From Sulfurimonas crateris (GTDB taxonomy: Bacteria; Campylobacterota; Campylobacteria; Campylobacterales; Sulfurimonadaceae), in the NCBI GenBank assembly GCA_945870785.1, contig CAMBTK010000002.1:10042-74041 (forward strand): DNA of 64,000 nt. The letters are read 5' to 3'. The notes under the pieces were generated by a model, which saw only the letters and a program-made list of their open reading frames with translations, did not search any database and was not told where the DNA came from. The position numbers were made by a program, and so were the translations under genes. Below are positions 21,228 through 32,431 of this stretch, piece by piece (the stretch's first letter is position 1; every line of letters starts with the position of its first letter).

Positions 21228-22079
21228 GTGCGTATTTTTTTATTTATTCTAGTGGTAATGTTTAGTGCAGAAGCAAAGCAGTTGTTTAGCAATAGCGAAC
21301 AAGCAGAGATTAGCCAGTATATCAACTCTTTAAAAGAGCTTGTTGTTGCAACGCAAAAAACAAGGGGATTGACAAACAGTTATCTAAATGGCAATTTAAT
21401 TGCGCTAATGTTAGTGCAAGATACAAAAAACGATATGAAAAAAGCCATTGGAAAGATGGAGTCTTTAAAACTTGCATCAGACCCAGTTATAAATCAAAGA
21501 GCAACAGATGTTAGTAATAAATTAGTAGAACTTAATCGTAAGGGGTTAAAGCTAAAACCAGAAGTTGCTTTTGAGAGATACACTCAAGAGATAGAGCAGA
21601 TATTAATGTTGGCACAAACTGTTGGTAAAAGAGGAGGAGAACATATGACTCCTTTTGCGCAAGAAGCATCATTTGTAATGATGGAGGAGATGCTTCCACT
21701 TAGTGAATATGTTGGACAGCTAAGAGGTATGGGCTCTGGAATAGCCGCAAAGGGCGAGATAACTAAAGAGCAAAAAGAGGCTCTTGCGATAATTATCAGT
21801 GAGATTATGGCTTTAAAGAGTGAGCTTATACAAAATATAGAAAAACTTCGCTCTAAGAGTGAAAAAAACTATGCAAGTAGCATAGATACTAAGAGTACTA
21901 AGATAAATAGTATGATTGAAGCATATGTTGAATTTGTAAGAAAAGAGTTTTATAAAAATGAATTTTCTATAAATCCTGATGAGTATTTTGCTAAAGGAAC
22001 AGAGATAATCGCAGAGATTATTTTGGCATACGATGATACCAACAGAGCAGTTTTAGATAATTCAAAAGGTTGGTTATAA
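21228..22079 (+). CDS. Exported NIT (nitrate/nitrite-sensing) domain protein, stand-alone
   Basis: Signal peptide (AEA), all-helical, with QKTRGLTNSYL and EYVGQLRG motifs resembling the two NIT half-sites. Confidence 0.65.
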   Translation: MRIFLFILVVMFSAEAKQLFSNSEQAEISQYINSLKELVVATQKTRGLTNSYLNGNLIALMLVQDTKNDMKKAIGKMESLKLASDPVINQRATDVSNKLVELNRKGLKLKPEVAFERYTQEIEQILMLAQTVGKRGGEHMTPFAQEASFVMMEEMLPLSEYVGQLRGMGSGIAAKGEITKEQKEALAIIISEIMALKSELIQNIEKLRSKSEKNYASSIDTKSTKINSMIEAYVEFVRKEFYKNEFSINPDEYFAKGTEIIAEIILAYDDTNRAVLDNSKGWL

Positions 22080-22096
22080 AGAGCAAAGAGAGTAGA

Positions 22097-23068
22097 TTAC
22101 TCTTTAGGCTCTATTTTGTTCTTAGCGGTTTTAATAGCGCTGCTAAGAGCTGTTTTTGCAACTCCCCACGCTTGAATCCCCATTCTTTTTGCCTCTTTTG
22201 CCTTCTCTGATTTTAGAGCAGAGTCAGCTTTTTTAACGGCTTTTTTTGCAAACTCAGAGAATCTGTCTTTCATAACTTCTGCTGTCTCTTTTGAGATATG
22301 AATTAGCTCTTGAAGATCATAGTGCATCTTTTTATTTAGATCGATGAGAATTTTTCTTATACTCGAACTGCTCTCATTTGCTTGTGTTTGAACAACTTGT
22401 AAAAAGAGAGTATCTGTTTGATTTAAATCTTCCATAATGGTGTCATAATCTTCTATAAGTATATGCTTCGCTTCAAGTGGCATAAAGACAAGTCTCTTTT
22501 TAAATCTATCAATTGATTCATAAAGCCCAGCTCTCATTCCTTTTAGTGTTGCATCCAAAATATCCTCAGATTGATTTGGAGATGCTTCTGCTATATCAAT
22601 GCTTGAGTGAAGTATAGTTGAGAGTATTTTTCTTACTCTAATTGTATTTAGCGTTCCCTCTTTGATAGTTTCAAAAGTAAGCTCTCTTATAATCTCTTCA
22701 ATCATATTTTTAGCTTCAGAATCTTTCGACTCTTCGAGCGCTGTAATAATTGCGCCCTCAACAGTGTCGCTTAAAATATCAAAAAGGTCAATTGACTGGA
22801 GTTTTGCTTGATGAACTTTTGATAGAGTTAGTGCATCATCTTTATCTATCATTGACTCTATGTCGTTGAAGATAGCATATTTTGCTTCTTGAAGCTCACT
22901 ATGCTTTTTTTGAATGTTTTTCTCAAGCAACTCTTTTTGAAAAAGAAGCTCTGCTAGAGCGTCATGGAGATTTTTTGTTTTTGTCTCTATCTCGTTTTGT
23001 ATAGCCTCTTTAGTTTCATGAAGATTTAACTTGCTAAAATCTATATTTTTTAATTCACTCAAACTCAT
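22097..23068 (-). CDS. Conserved helical hypothetical protein (DUF6781-like)
   Basis: 323-aa charged coiled-coil ORF with AAGGAG RBS. Confidence 0.7.
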   Translation of the reverse strand: MSLSELKNIDFSKLNLHETKEAIQNEIETKTKNLHDALAELLFQKELLEKNIQKKHSELQEAKYAIFNDIESMIDKDDALTLSKVHQAKLQSIDLFDILSDTVEGAIITALEESKDSEAKNMIEEIIRELTFETIKEGTLNTIRVRKILSTILHSSIDIAEASPNQSEDILDATLKGMRAGLYESIDRFKKRLVFMPLEAKHILIEDYDTIMEDLNQTDTLFLQVVQTQANESSSSIRKILIDLNKKMHYDLQELIHISKETAEVMKDRFSEFAKKAVKKADSALKSEKAKEAKRMGIQAWGVAKTALSSAIKTAKNKIEPKE

Positions 23069-23080
23069 TTTAGACTCCTT

Positions 23081-23350
23081 TTAAAGTACCATTTTTATAT
23101 TTTGATGCGCCTTTAAGGCTTCATAGATGAAATTTCTATCATCTTCATTGTGAACAAGCATATCTAAATTCATGCTGACATATTTTCCGCCTTTAGAGTT
23201 TTTTGAGTGAGTTAGTTTATGCGCTCTCTCATCAATAACGTCTCTAATAGCCTGTTTTAGGGCTTCTGCTTCACTGGCTATTAGTTTATATGCCCAGTTA
23301 CATGGATATTCAAGAGTTAGTTTCTCATCTCTATCGTTTAAAATCTCCAC
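23081..23350 (-). CDS. DUF493 / HP0495 family protein
   Basis: [19 protein letters not shown] and C-terminal MVL. Confidence 0.88.
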   Translation of the reverse strand: MEILNDRDEKLTLEYPCNWAYKLIASEAEALKQAIRDVIDERAHKLTHSKNSKGGKYVSMNLDMLVHNEDDRNFIYEALKAHQNIKMVL

Positions 23351-23801
23351 TTTTTCCTCCTGATTTTTCCTCTAATTGAACGTTGCGGATAATCATGCCT
23401 TTGTCTATCGCTTTTACCATATCGTAAATAGTTAAAAGACCGATGCTTGTTCCAGTTAACGCTTCCATCTCAACGCCTGTTTGACCAGTTAGTTTTGCTG
23501 TTACGCTAAGTTTAAAACCTGGAAGTTCTGGCAACTCTTCAACATCACAATTTATACCGCTTAAGTTTAGGGGATGACACATCGGTATAAGATCGCTGGT
23601 CTTTTTACTTCCCATAATAGCAGCTATTACAGCAGTTTGAAGAACTGGACCTTTTTTTGTTTTTTGAGTCACAATAGCATCATAAGCATCTTGACTCATC
23701 TCTATTATACCACTAGCAGTTGCGATTCTAGTTGTTTGATTTTTATCTGAGACATCGACCATCTTAGGTCTATCTTTTTCATCCAAGTGAGTTAAATTCA
23801 T
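23331..23801 (-). CDS. moaC: Cyclic pyranopterin monophosphate synthase
   Basis: [22 protein letters not shown] and YDMVKA motifs. Confidence 0.98.
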   Translation of the reverse strand: MNLTHLDEKDRPKMVDVSDKNQTTRIATASGIIEMSQDAYDAIVTQKTKKGPVLQTAVIAAIMGSKKTSDLIPMCHPLNLSGINCDVEELPELPGFKLSVTAKLTGQTGVEMEALTGTSIGLLTIYDMVKAIDKGMIIRNVQLEEKSGGKSGDFKR

Positions 23802-23871
23802 ATCTTCTCGTTTTTTTAATAATTTTGTTAAGTAAATATTATATCAAATAGTTGATAAATAACTCTTTGAC

Positions 23872-24453
23872 TCAAAGGTTTAAAAGAGCGAGTGCTTCTT
23901 GATATTCGTGAGGGTGATTTAGGTTTAGAAATGGTCTCTCATCTTCAAACTCTACAAAAAAAGTATCTGAATTTTTTAGTAAAAGCCCAAGTTTATGATT
24001 GTCATCTTTTAGCATTTGAGAGAATTTGTCCGCCGTTGAGCGGTGATATATACCACACATTGGTTGCATAGATCCGTTTGCTTTAGCTATTGTCGCATCA
24101 TAACTATCTTTATCTGCGCTAATTAAATTTTCTATAATGGAGTGATTTATAAAAGGGGTGTCTACGCTTATAACAAAAAACCTCTCTGATTTTAAATGCC
24201 CAAAAGCAGCAACAAATCCAGCAGTTGGGGCATATAGAGATGATGTTTTAATATCTTCTATAAAGTTGGCTTCAAAGGTAAATTTTGATTTTTCTTTGCA
24301 AGATATATATACGTTTTTAAAGATTTTTTTTAAATGATGAAGTTGAAACTCTGCTAGAGTGTCATAAGAGCCAAAAGGAAGAAGAGCCTTGTCTTCTCCC
24401 ATTCGACTGGATTTGCCACCTGCAAAAATTATGCAAGGGATATCAAAGAGCAT
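23872..24453 (-). CDS. mobA: Molybdenum cofactor guanylyltransferase
   Basis: [18 protein letters not shown] and FLNLN motifs. Confidence 0.93.
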   Translation of the reverse strand: MLFDIPCIIFAGGKSSRMGEDKALLPFGSYDTLAEFQLHHLKKIFKNVYISCKEKSKFTFEANFIEDIKTSSLYAPTAGFVAAFGHLKSERFFVISVDTPFINHSIIENLISADKDSYDATIAKANGSMQPMCGIYHRSTADKFSQMLKDDNHKLGLLLKNSDTFFVEFEDERPFLNLNHPHEYQEALALLNL

Positions 24454-25502
24454 TATTTTTTAACTAACTCTGCTTCGATTCTTCTGTTTTGTGCTTTGCC
24501 TTCTTTAGTATCATTTGAAGCGATTGGAGATTTCTCTCCTTTGCCATCAGTTGTTACTCTAGTAGCAGCAATACCCTCTTTTACGATAAGAGTTTTTACA
24601 GCGTTTGCTCTGTTTTCTGATAATGTTTGGTTGCTTTTATCACTTCCTACGCTATCAGTATGTCCAACGATTTTTGCGTTGTAGTTTGGCATATCTTTTA
24701 AGAAGTCTGCAAACTCTTTTACTTTTGGCAATGAAGCATTGTCAACTTTGTAAGAAGCTGTTTCAAAGTTGATATGTAAATCAGCAAGAATTGAACAACC
24801 ATCTTGGTCAACTTTATGTCCAGCAGGTGTTTTTGGGCACTTATCTTTTGAGTTAAGTACGCCATCTTTATCATCGTCGCCATCTACTGGTTTTGGAGCT
24901 GGTTTTGGAGCAACTACAGGTGCTACAACAGGTTTAGGTGCAGGTGCAGCAACTGGTTCTGGGATTGCTGCTACTGGTTGAGCTTTTGGTCCAAATGCAA
25001 AGTTTAATCCAGCAAGAAGAGCTAAATTGCTATCCCATCTTCTGTCATTCTCTTTTAACATATAAACAGCTTCTAGTTTTAGAGCTACATTTTCTGCTAA
25101 TGCAACTTTTGCACCAACACCAGCATCTAAAAATACGCTGTCTTTATTGTCTGCAAAGTGCTTGTCAAGAGTCTCATACCCGATACCAGCTTTTGCTATA
25201 GGAGTAAATAGAGAGTTTGATTTATACTCATATACACCGTTTAACGCAACACGGTAGATATCTGTTGTGATGTTAGAGTTTTTATAGTCAGCATCATTTG
25301 TATAAAGAAAACTAAGTTCAGGCTTGATTAGAGCATCAAAACCATTGTATTGAAACTCAGCACCAGTTAGGAACTGGTTATCTAAATCCAAATTTCCCTC
25401 AGGAATCATTGTTCCAATTACTGGTGTAATCTCATAGTTGTAGTCTTGCGCGATAACAGCACTGCTTAAAAGTAGTGCTGGAATAAGTAGTAATTTTTTC
25501 AT
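24453..25502 (-). CDS. OmpA family outer membrane protein (CadF/OprF-like)
   Basis: Signal peptide, beta-barrel, Pro/Ala linker, TSP3-like DDDKDGV..DKCP, GHTD and NRR motifs. Confidence 0.92.
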   Translation of the reverse strand: MKKLLLIPALLLSSAVIAQDYNYEITPVIGTMIPEGNLDLDNQFLTGAEFQYNGFDALIKPELSFLYTNDADYKNSNITTDIYRVALNGVYEYKSNSLFTPIAKAGIGYETLDKHFADNKDSVFLDAGVGAKVALAENVALKLEAVYMLKENDRRWDSNLALLAGLNFAFGPKAQPVAAIPEPVAAPAPKPVVAPVVAPKPAPKPVDGDDDKDGVLNSKDKCPKTPAGHKVDQDGCSILADLHINFETASYKVDNASLPKVKEFADFLKDMPNYNAKIVGHTDSVGSDKSNQTLSENRANAVKTLIVKEGIAATRVTTDGKGEKSPIASNDTKEGKAQNRRIEAELVKK

Positions 25503-25589
25503 TTTGTTTGCTCCCTTGATGTTTTCGGAATTCTAGCAGAGGTACTCTTAAAGCAATCACAAAATAACAAACTACGTTAAAGTATTTAA

Positions 25590-26849
25590 CTATCTTGGGT
25601 CTGTTATGTAACCTTTTATCGCAGATATTGCTGCAACTGCTGAGTTTGCTAGATATACCTTTGAGCTTCTGCTTCCCATACGACCTACAAAGTTGCGATT
25701 TGTTGTTGAAACAGCAACTTCATTGTCTCCTAAAATACCCATATACCCGCCAAGACAAGCGCCGCATGTTGGATTACTAACAACGCCACCAGCATCTACG
25801 ATAATGTCAATATACCCAAGCTTGTTAGCTTCTCTTAGTATCATCTGTGTTCCAGGTGTTACAATGAGGCGAACATCAGGATGTACTTTTTTGCCCTCTA
25901 GTATCTCTGCTGCAACTTTAAGGTCGCTCAATCTGCCGTTGGTACAACTTCCGATGAACGCTTGGTCTATTTTGATATTATCTTTTTGAGCTTGAACAAC
26001 ACTGTGCCCATTTGATGGCAAGAATGGATAAGCAATAACTGGATCGAGGTTCGCAACATCTATATCTAGCACTTGCACATAAGAAGCATCCGCATCAGAG
26101 TAGTGGATATGAGGCTCTCTAGCTAAGTTTTTATCGCTCAAAAATGCTTTTGTAATATCATCATAAGCAACTATCCCGCTTTTTGCACCAGCTTCTATCG
26201 CCATGTTACACATAGAAAATCTATCATCCATGCTCAAATGCTCAATCGTGCTTCCAGTAAACTCTAAAGTTTTATAAAGAGCTCCATCAACGCCAATTAG
26301 ACGAATAATCTCAAGGATAATATCTTTACCAGTCGTGTATTTTGATGGCTTTCCACTTAGGTTTACTTTTATAGATTCAGGAACTTTAAACCAGTTTCCG
26401 CCAGTTACCATCGCAAATGCCAAGTCAGTTGAGCCCATTCCAGTAGAGAACGCCCCAAGTGCACCATGAGTACATGTATGGCTATCTGCTCCTATGATTA
26501 CATCACCAGGGACAACAAGCCCTTTTTCTGGAAGAAGCGCGTGTTCAATTCCCATATCCTTTTCATCAAAAAAGTTTTTAAGAGAGTACTTTTTTGCAAA
26601 ATCACGGCTGATTCTGGCTTGATTTGCACTCGCTATATCTTTTGCTGGAATAAAGTGGTCAAGAACTATTGAAAATCCATCAGGATTTGCAAGTTTTGTA
26701 GCACCGCTATCTTCAAAAGCTTTTATAGAGATTGGAGTAGTTATATCATTTCCAATTACCATGTCTATATTGCATCGGATAATCTCTCCTGCAAAAACTG
26801 CCTTTCCAACATGCTGTGAAAATATTTTTTCAGTTATAGTTTGAGCCAT
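25590..26849 (-). CDS. leuC: 3-isopropylmalate dehydratase large subunit (LeuC/HacA type)
   Basis: DSHTCTHGA, IGSCTNGR, CGACLG and NRNF motifs. Confidence 0.92.
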   Translation of the reverse strand: MAQTITEKIFSQHVGKAVFAGEIIRCNIDMVIGNDITTPISIKAFEDSGATKLANPDGFSIVLDHFIPAKDIASANQARISRDFAKKYSLKNFFDEKDMGIEHALLPEKGLVVPGDVIIGADSHTCTHGALGAFSTGMGSTDLAFAMVTGGNWFKVPESIKVNLSGKPSKYTTGKDIILEIIRLIGVDGALYKTLEFTGSTIEHLSMDDRFSMCNMAIEAGAKSGIVAYDDITKAFLSDKNLAREPHIHYSDADASYVQVLDIDVANLDPVIAYPFLPSNGHSVVQAQKDNIKIDQAFIGSCTNGRLSDLKVAAEILEGKKVHPDVRLIVTPGTQMILREANKLGYIDIIVDAGGVVSNPTCGACLGGYMGILGDNEVAVSTTNRNFVGRMGSRSSKVYLANSAVAAISAIKGYITDPR

Positions 26850-26998
26850 AATGTGCCTTTATACAAATAATAAATTTTTGCGATTATAACATTTAAGAAT
26901 TAAAATTGGCGCAAAATAAGAGCTTTTGACGATTTAATACAAGATAAAGATTTGACAATAGGGATATTATTAACCATAAATTAAACAATGGCAGTAAT

Positions 26999-27838
26999 AT
27001 GATATATGATGTTTTTCCTTCAGCAAAAGAGTTGGAGAGTGTACTTAAACAGTATGTTGTAATAACTTCACTAGAAGATATGGATAAATTGCTGTTTTTG
27101 CCAAACGGATGCAACTTTATAATTTTTAACCGAGGATTTGATGGATATATAAAAGTTTATAGAGAGGATAAAAAATTTCCTATTCCAAAAAACTACTCCA
27201 TCAGCGTTAAGAATAACAAGATAAAAAAATTTAGACTAAATAGTGATGATTTGATTTCTAGTGTAGAGTTACCATTTATTATGGCAGAGTTAACCCCGAT
27301 AGGATTTTATAAACTCTTTAATATAGAAGCTACTGTTTTAAATGAGTGCTTCTTTGAGATTCAAGAAGAGATAGTAGAGGAGTACTTTAGCAAGTTATAT
27401 ACTCACGGTAGTATAGAGGAGGAGCTTGACTATTTAAACGATGCCTTAATAAGGTTGCAACTTTTACATGAGTGTAATCGAATGTGTATACAAGATGTGA
27501 TGGACAGGATTGTGGATATGTATCATTTTGAGGTAAATGTAAAAACTCTTATTGAAGATTTTGGGTGTAGCAGAAGCAAAATTGAGAGAGAATTTAAGAA
27601 AATAATCGGCTTTACACCTAAAAATTTTATCTATATTTCAAAGTTTTGCAAAACTGTTCTCGCCTATATTGAAGATGATTGCGGATTTAATGAGATGGAG
27701 TATCTATATAGTGATTATTCACATATGAACTCTGTTTTTAAAAAGTTTTTTGGCACAAATCCAAGCGTTGTTTTTGACGATGTGACAAGCAATAAAATTC
27801 GTTTATACCAGATGAGAAGAGTTCAAGAACAACTTTAA
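26999..27838 (+). CDS. AraC family transcriptional regulator
   Basis: C-terminal IEREFKKIIGFTPK and YSDYSHM..FKKFFGTNP double HTH. Confidence 0.85.
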   Translation: MIYDVFPSAKELESVLKQYVVITSLEDMDKLLFLPNGCNFIIFNRGFDGYIKVYREDKKFPIPKNYSISVKNNKIKKFRLNSDDLISSVELPFIMAELTPIGFYKLFNIEATVLNECFFEIQEEIVEEYFSKLYTHGSIEEELDYLNDALIRLQLLHECNRMCIQDVMDRIVDMYHFEVNVKTLIEDFGCSRSKIEREFKKIIGFTPKNFIYISKFCKTVLAYIEDDCGFNEMEYLYSDYSHMNSVFKKFFGTNPSVVFDDVTSNKIRLYQMRRVQEQL

Positions 27839-27859
27839 ATACAAGAGAGATTTAAGCAG

Positions 27860-28594
27860 ATGCTAAGTGCAAAAGAGAGAAAAAAACTTATTTTAAAAGT
27901 TACAGGCACTGTTGTGATTGTGCTTGTATTGTTGTCAATTATAAGAACTTTAATACTTCATGAAGATTTGCTTAGGAGTGATTTTGCGTATGTTTTGTTT
28001 GTCAAAGAGTTTCTTTTTTCTATAATAACCGCTACTTTAGTGGCTTTGTGCCTTTTGCTAATTATAAAAGAAGATTTTCAAAAAATTAATCAAAAAGCCA
28101 TCAATTACGCCTTTACAGATGGATTGACAGGATTGTATAACCGTCACTATCTAAATGATTTTTTAGAAAAATTTGATATTTTTCAAAAAGAGAACACACT
28201 CTTTGCAGTTGTATTTATAGATATTGATAATTTTAAAAAGATAAACGATACGATGGGACATTTAACGGGGGACTGTATTTTAAAGTGTTTGGCAAAGAGA
28301 TTAAAATCTTTAACAAGAGAGACTGACATACTTTGTCGCTATGGTGGCGAGGAGTTTATGATTATATATGACAAAATTTCAAAAAATGACATAGTACAAA
28401 AAGCTCAGAAAATAAGAGAAGATATTCAAAATAGTATCTTTGAGTGCGAACATCATAGCATTACCGTATCTATAGGAGTCAGCTTTGGTAAAAAAGGGGA
28501 TGAGATAAATATAATAATCAAAGAGGCAGATGAGGCTCTTTATATAGCAAAAAACAGTGGCAGAAACTGTGTTAGAGTATTTGACAAAGAGTAG
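27860..28594 (+). CDS. Membrane-anchored diguanylate cyclase
   Basis: Two TM helices, DGLTGLYNR, DIDNFKKIND and RYGGEEF. Confidence 0.93.
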   Translation: MLSAKERKKLILKVTGTVVIVLVLLSIIRTLILHEDLLRSDFAYVLFVKEFLFSIITATLVALCLLLIIKEDFQKINQKAINYAFTDGLTGLYNRHYLNDFLEKFDIFQKENTLFAVVFIDIDNFKKINDTMGHLTGDCILKCLAKRLKSLTRETDILCRYGGEEFMIIYDKISKNDIVQKAQKIREDIQNSIFECEHHSITVSIGVSFGKKGDEINIIIKEADEALYIAKNSGRNCVRVFDKE

Positions 28595-28651
28595 TGAGCG
28601 TTGCATTTTGAAAGATACTTTTGTATATAATTTTTCAAAAAGAGACAAAAT

Positions 28652-29338
28652 ATGCAAAATAGCTACAAGCGGGTTGATGCGCATCTCTCAAGTCTTGGAT
28701 ACTGCACACGAAGCGAAGCAAATAAATTTTTAAAAATGTTTAGCGTCTGTGTTGATAATGAGAGAGTTTTTGACGTAACAAAAAAAGTCTACCACTCTCA
28801 AATAAGTGTAGATGGCGAAATACTTGATGCACCGAGAATAGTCATTGTTATGAATAAACCCCAGCATGTAGTCTGTTCACATAGTGATGCAGGTGTGCTT
28901 ATCTACTCACTTCTTCCGCCTAGATGGCAAAGACGAAATCCAAAAATATCAACAATAGGCAGATTAGATTCAGATACAACAGGAGCCATTTTACTTACTG
29001 ATGATGGCGCACTTAACCATAAGCAAACAAGCCCTAAGAGCGAAATTATAAAAGTCTATGAGGTGACTCTTGCACAAGATTTAAGAGGCGATGAAGCTGA
29101 GGTTTTTGCGAGTGGAGAGCTTATTTTAAATGGTGAGAAAAAACCTTTACTACCAGCTAAGATGGAGATAATCACTCCAACATTTGTAAGAGTTGAGATA
29201 TGCGAGGGAAGATACCACCAAGTAAAGAGAATGTTTGGCTCGGTTGGAAACAGGGTTATAGCACTTCATAGAGTTAGTTTTGGGGAATTTAGTGTTGAGG
29301 GTTTAAAGCCCTCAGAGTTTAGAGTAGTAAATCTTTAG
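28652..29338 (+). CDS. RsuA family pseudouridine synthase
   Basis: S4 domain, GRLDSDTTG and EGRYHQVKRM motifs. Confidence 0.9.
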   Translation: MQNSYKRVDAHLSSLGYCTRSEANKFLKMFSVCVDNERVFDVTKKVYHSQISVDGEILDAPRIVIVMNKPQHVVCSHSDAGVLIYSLLPPRWQRRNPKISTIGRLDSDTTGAILLTDDGALNHKQTSPKSEIIKVYEVTLAQDLRGDEAEVFASGELILNGEKKPLLPAKMEIITPTFVRVEICEGRYHQVKRMFGSVGNRVIALHRVSFGEFSVEGLKPSEFRVVNL

Positions 29339-29838
29339 ATTTTGTGATTAAGAGCTTTTTTAAAAAACTCTGTTGAGCAAAAAAACATTGCTACAAAGAT
29401 AGGGTTTATAGTTACATTATCTTGGGCTGCTATTTCAAAAATCTTAAAATCAAAAGCTTCTCCACCTTCAATACCTTTTACTATCACTCTAAACTCAAGA
29501 GGTGCAAGAGTTTTTAGCATAGTTAAAATTTTCTTTTTTTTCTTTGGGCTCTCATTGTCAAGAATGTTGAAACTCCCACCCTCAGCGCCTTTGTAAGAAC
29601 GAAGTACATCTTCTAAAACATCAAATTTATCTTTGAAAACTATTTTGTTCCATGAAATTTTAAGCTCTTTTGAGTCCACTTTACATGCACTGTCTATCAA
29701 AGCGTTTGGCTTTTTCTCTTTTATCGCTTCTATCAAACCTAAAAGAAAATTTGCTCCCCCGACACTTTGGGCATATTTTGTTATAAGTAGATGAGTAAAT
29801 CTCTTTGTTTCGTCATTTTGTTGATTGAAATTGCACAT
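29335..29838 (-). CDS. Hypothetical protein
   Basis: 167-aa ORF with AGGA RBS and upstream TATAAT; no recognised motif. Confidence 0.7.
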   Translation of the reverse strand: MCNFNQQNDETKRFTHLLITKYAQSVGGANFLLGLIEAIKEKKPNALIDSACKVDSKELKISWNKIVFKDKFDVLEDVLRSYKGAEGGSFNILDNESPKKKKKILTMLKTLAPLEFRVIVKGIEGGEAFDFKIFEIAAQDNVTINPIFVAMFFCSTEFFKKALNHKI

Positions 29839-29949
29839 GAAATTTTCCTAATTTATTGTATAACTATAATTATAGCTTAAATGATGTATAAGTATAATTT
29901 CATTTAAGCGTATCGTAATAACAAACCTATTACTATATCAAACTAAAAG

Positions 29950-29966
29950 AAGACAAAAATTGTCTT
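29950..29966. promoter_or_regulatory. Inverted repeat AAGACAA-AAA-TTGTCTT upstream of nifS
   Basis: 7-3-7 palindrome about 30 bp before the nifS ATG. Confidence 0.4.
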
Positions 29967-29994
29967 AATTAAAAAACTTAAATAAATAAGGTAA

Positions 29995-31212
<1,218 letters not shown>

Positions 31213-31332
31213 CTAAATAGTCGAAAACAGTCTGACACGAATGTGTCAAGCTTCAGTGCCACAGTGGCTAGCGTACAAATCAAGGAGAAGGTTTCCTTGA
31301 GTTTATGAAATAAATTAAAGGAAATAAATATT

Positions 31333-32307
31333 ATGGCAAAAAATGATTTATTAGGGGCTTCTCTATGGGATGCTTACTCAAATAAAGTAACAACTCTTAT
31401 GAATAACCCAAATCATCAAGGTGAGATAACTGAAGATGAGGCTGCTTCTCATGGCAATAAGCTTATCGTTGCAGATTTTGGTGCAGAGAGTTGTGGCGAT
31501 GCGGTGCGCCTTTACTGGGAAGTTGATCCAAAGACAGATACTATCGTTAACTCTAAATTTAAGAGTTTTGGATGTGGAACTGCGATAGCTAGTTCAGATA
31601 TTATGACTGAACTTTGTATCGGAAAAAGAGTTCAAGAGGCTGTAAAAATTACAAATATTGATGTTGAGTTCGCTCTTCGTGATAGCCCAGAAATCCCAGC
31701 TGTTCCGCCTCAAAAAATGCACTGCTCAGTTATGGCATATGATGTTATAAAAAAAGCAGCAGGGCTTTACATGGGTGTTGATGCTGAGAGTTTTGAAGAG
31801 GAGATTATCGTTTGTGAGTGTGCTCGTGTTAGTTTAAGAACACTTCAAGAGGTTATCAGACTAAATGATTTAACAACAATTGAGCAGATAACAGACTACA
31901 CAAAAGCTGGAGGTTTTTGTAAGAGCTGTATCAAACCAGGTGGGCATGAGCAAAGAGAGTACTATTTAGTGGATATTTTAGCAGATACTCGTCGTGAGAT
32001 GGATGAAGAGAAGATGAAAGCAGCAGCTGATGCAGGAAGTGGCGGAAGCTTTGAAGCTATGACGCTAGTTCAAAAAATCAAAGCGATAGATGCAGTTGTA
32101 GATGAAAATGTTCGTCAGTTTTTAATTATGGACGGCGGAAACATGGAAGTAATCGATGTAAAATCAAGCGATGAGTATATTGATGTTTATATCAGATACT
32201 TAGGCGCATGTAATGGCTGTGCAAGTTCTGCAACAGGGACTCTTTACGCGATAGAAGCAACACTAAAAGAGAAGTTGTCTAAAAAGATTAGAGTTCTTCC
32301 AATATAA
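31333..32307 (+). CDS. nifU: Fe-S cluster scaffold NifU (IscU + BFD-like 2Fe-2S + Nfu domains)
   Basis: SCGD, FGCG, KMHCS, CEC..CKSC and GACNGC motifs. Confidence 0.95.
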   Translation: MAKNDLLGASLWDAYSNKVTTLMNNPNHQGEITEDEAASHGNKLIVADFGAESCGDAVRLYWEVDPKTDTIVNSKFKSFGCGTAIASSDIMTELCIGKRVQEAVKITNIDVEFALRDSPEIPAVPPQKMHCSVMAYDVIKKAAGLYMGVDAESFEEEIIVCECARVSLRTLQEVIRLNDLTTIEQITDYTKAGGFCKSCIKPGGHEQREYYLVDILADTRREMDEEKMKAAADAGSGGSFEAMTLVQKIKAIDAVVDENVRQFLIMDGGNMEVIDVKSSDEYIDVYIRYLGACNGCASSATGTLYAIEATLKEKLSKKIRVLPI

Positions 32308-32357
32308 TATTTTTTTATTTTTACACATAAGTAAACAGAATATATAGAATATTAAAA

Positions 32358-32385
32358 TTTTAACAAAATTTAAACTTTGTTAAAA
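32358..32385. promoter_or_regulatory. 28-bp near-perfect palindrome upstream of the DUF302 gene
   Basis: TTTTAACAAA-A-TTTAAA-C-TTTGTTAAAA, one mismatched pair. Confidence 0.45.
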
Positions 32386-32431
32386 GATTAAATCAATAGA
32401 ATGTGATAATTTTATCAAAAGAGGAATCAAA

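Noticed and set aside
23842-23857. FNR-like box TATCAA-ATAG-TTGATA upstream of moaC
   Set aside because: Half-sites are in the reverse order of TTGAT-N4-ATCAA, and one half is explained by an extended -10.
24890-24975. Repetitive DNA in ompA
   Set aside because: Encodes an ordinary Pro/Ala linker.
25590-26849. leuC without adjacent leuD
   Set aside because: Split leu genes are not unusual and leuD may lie outside the window.
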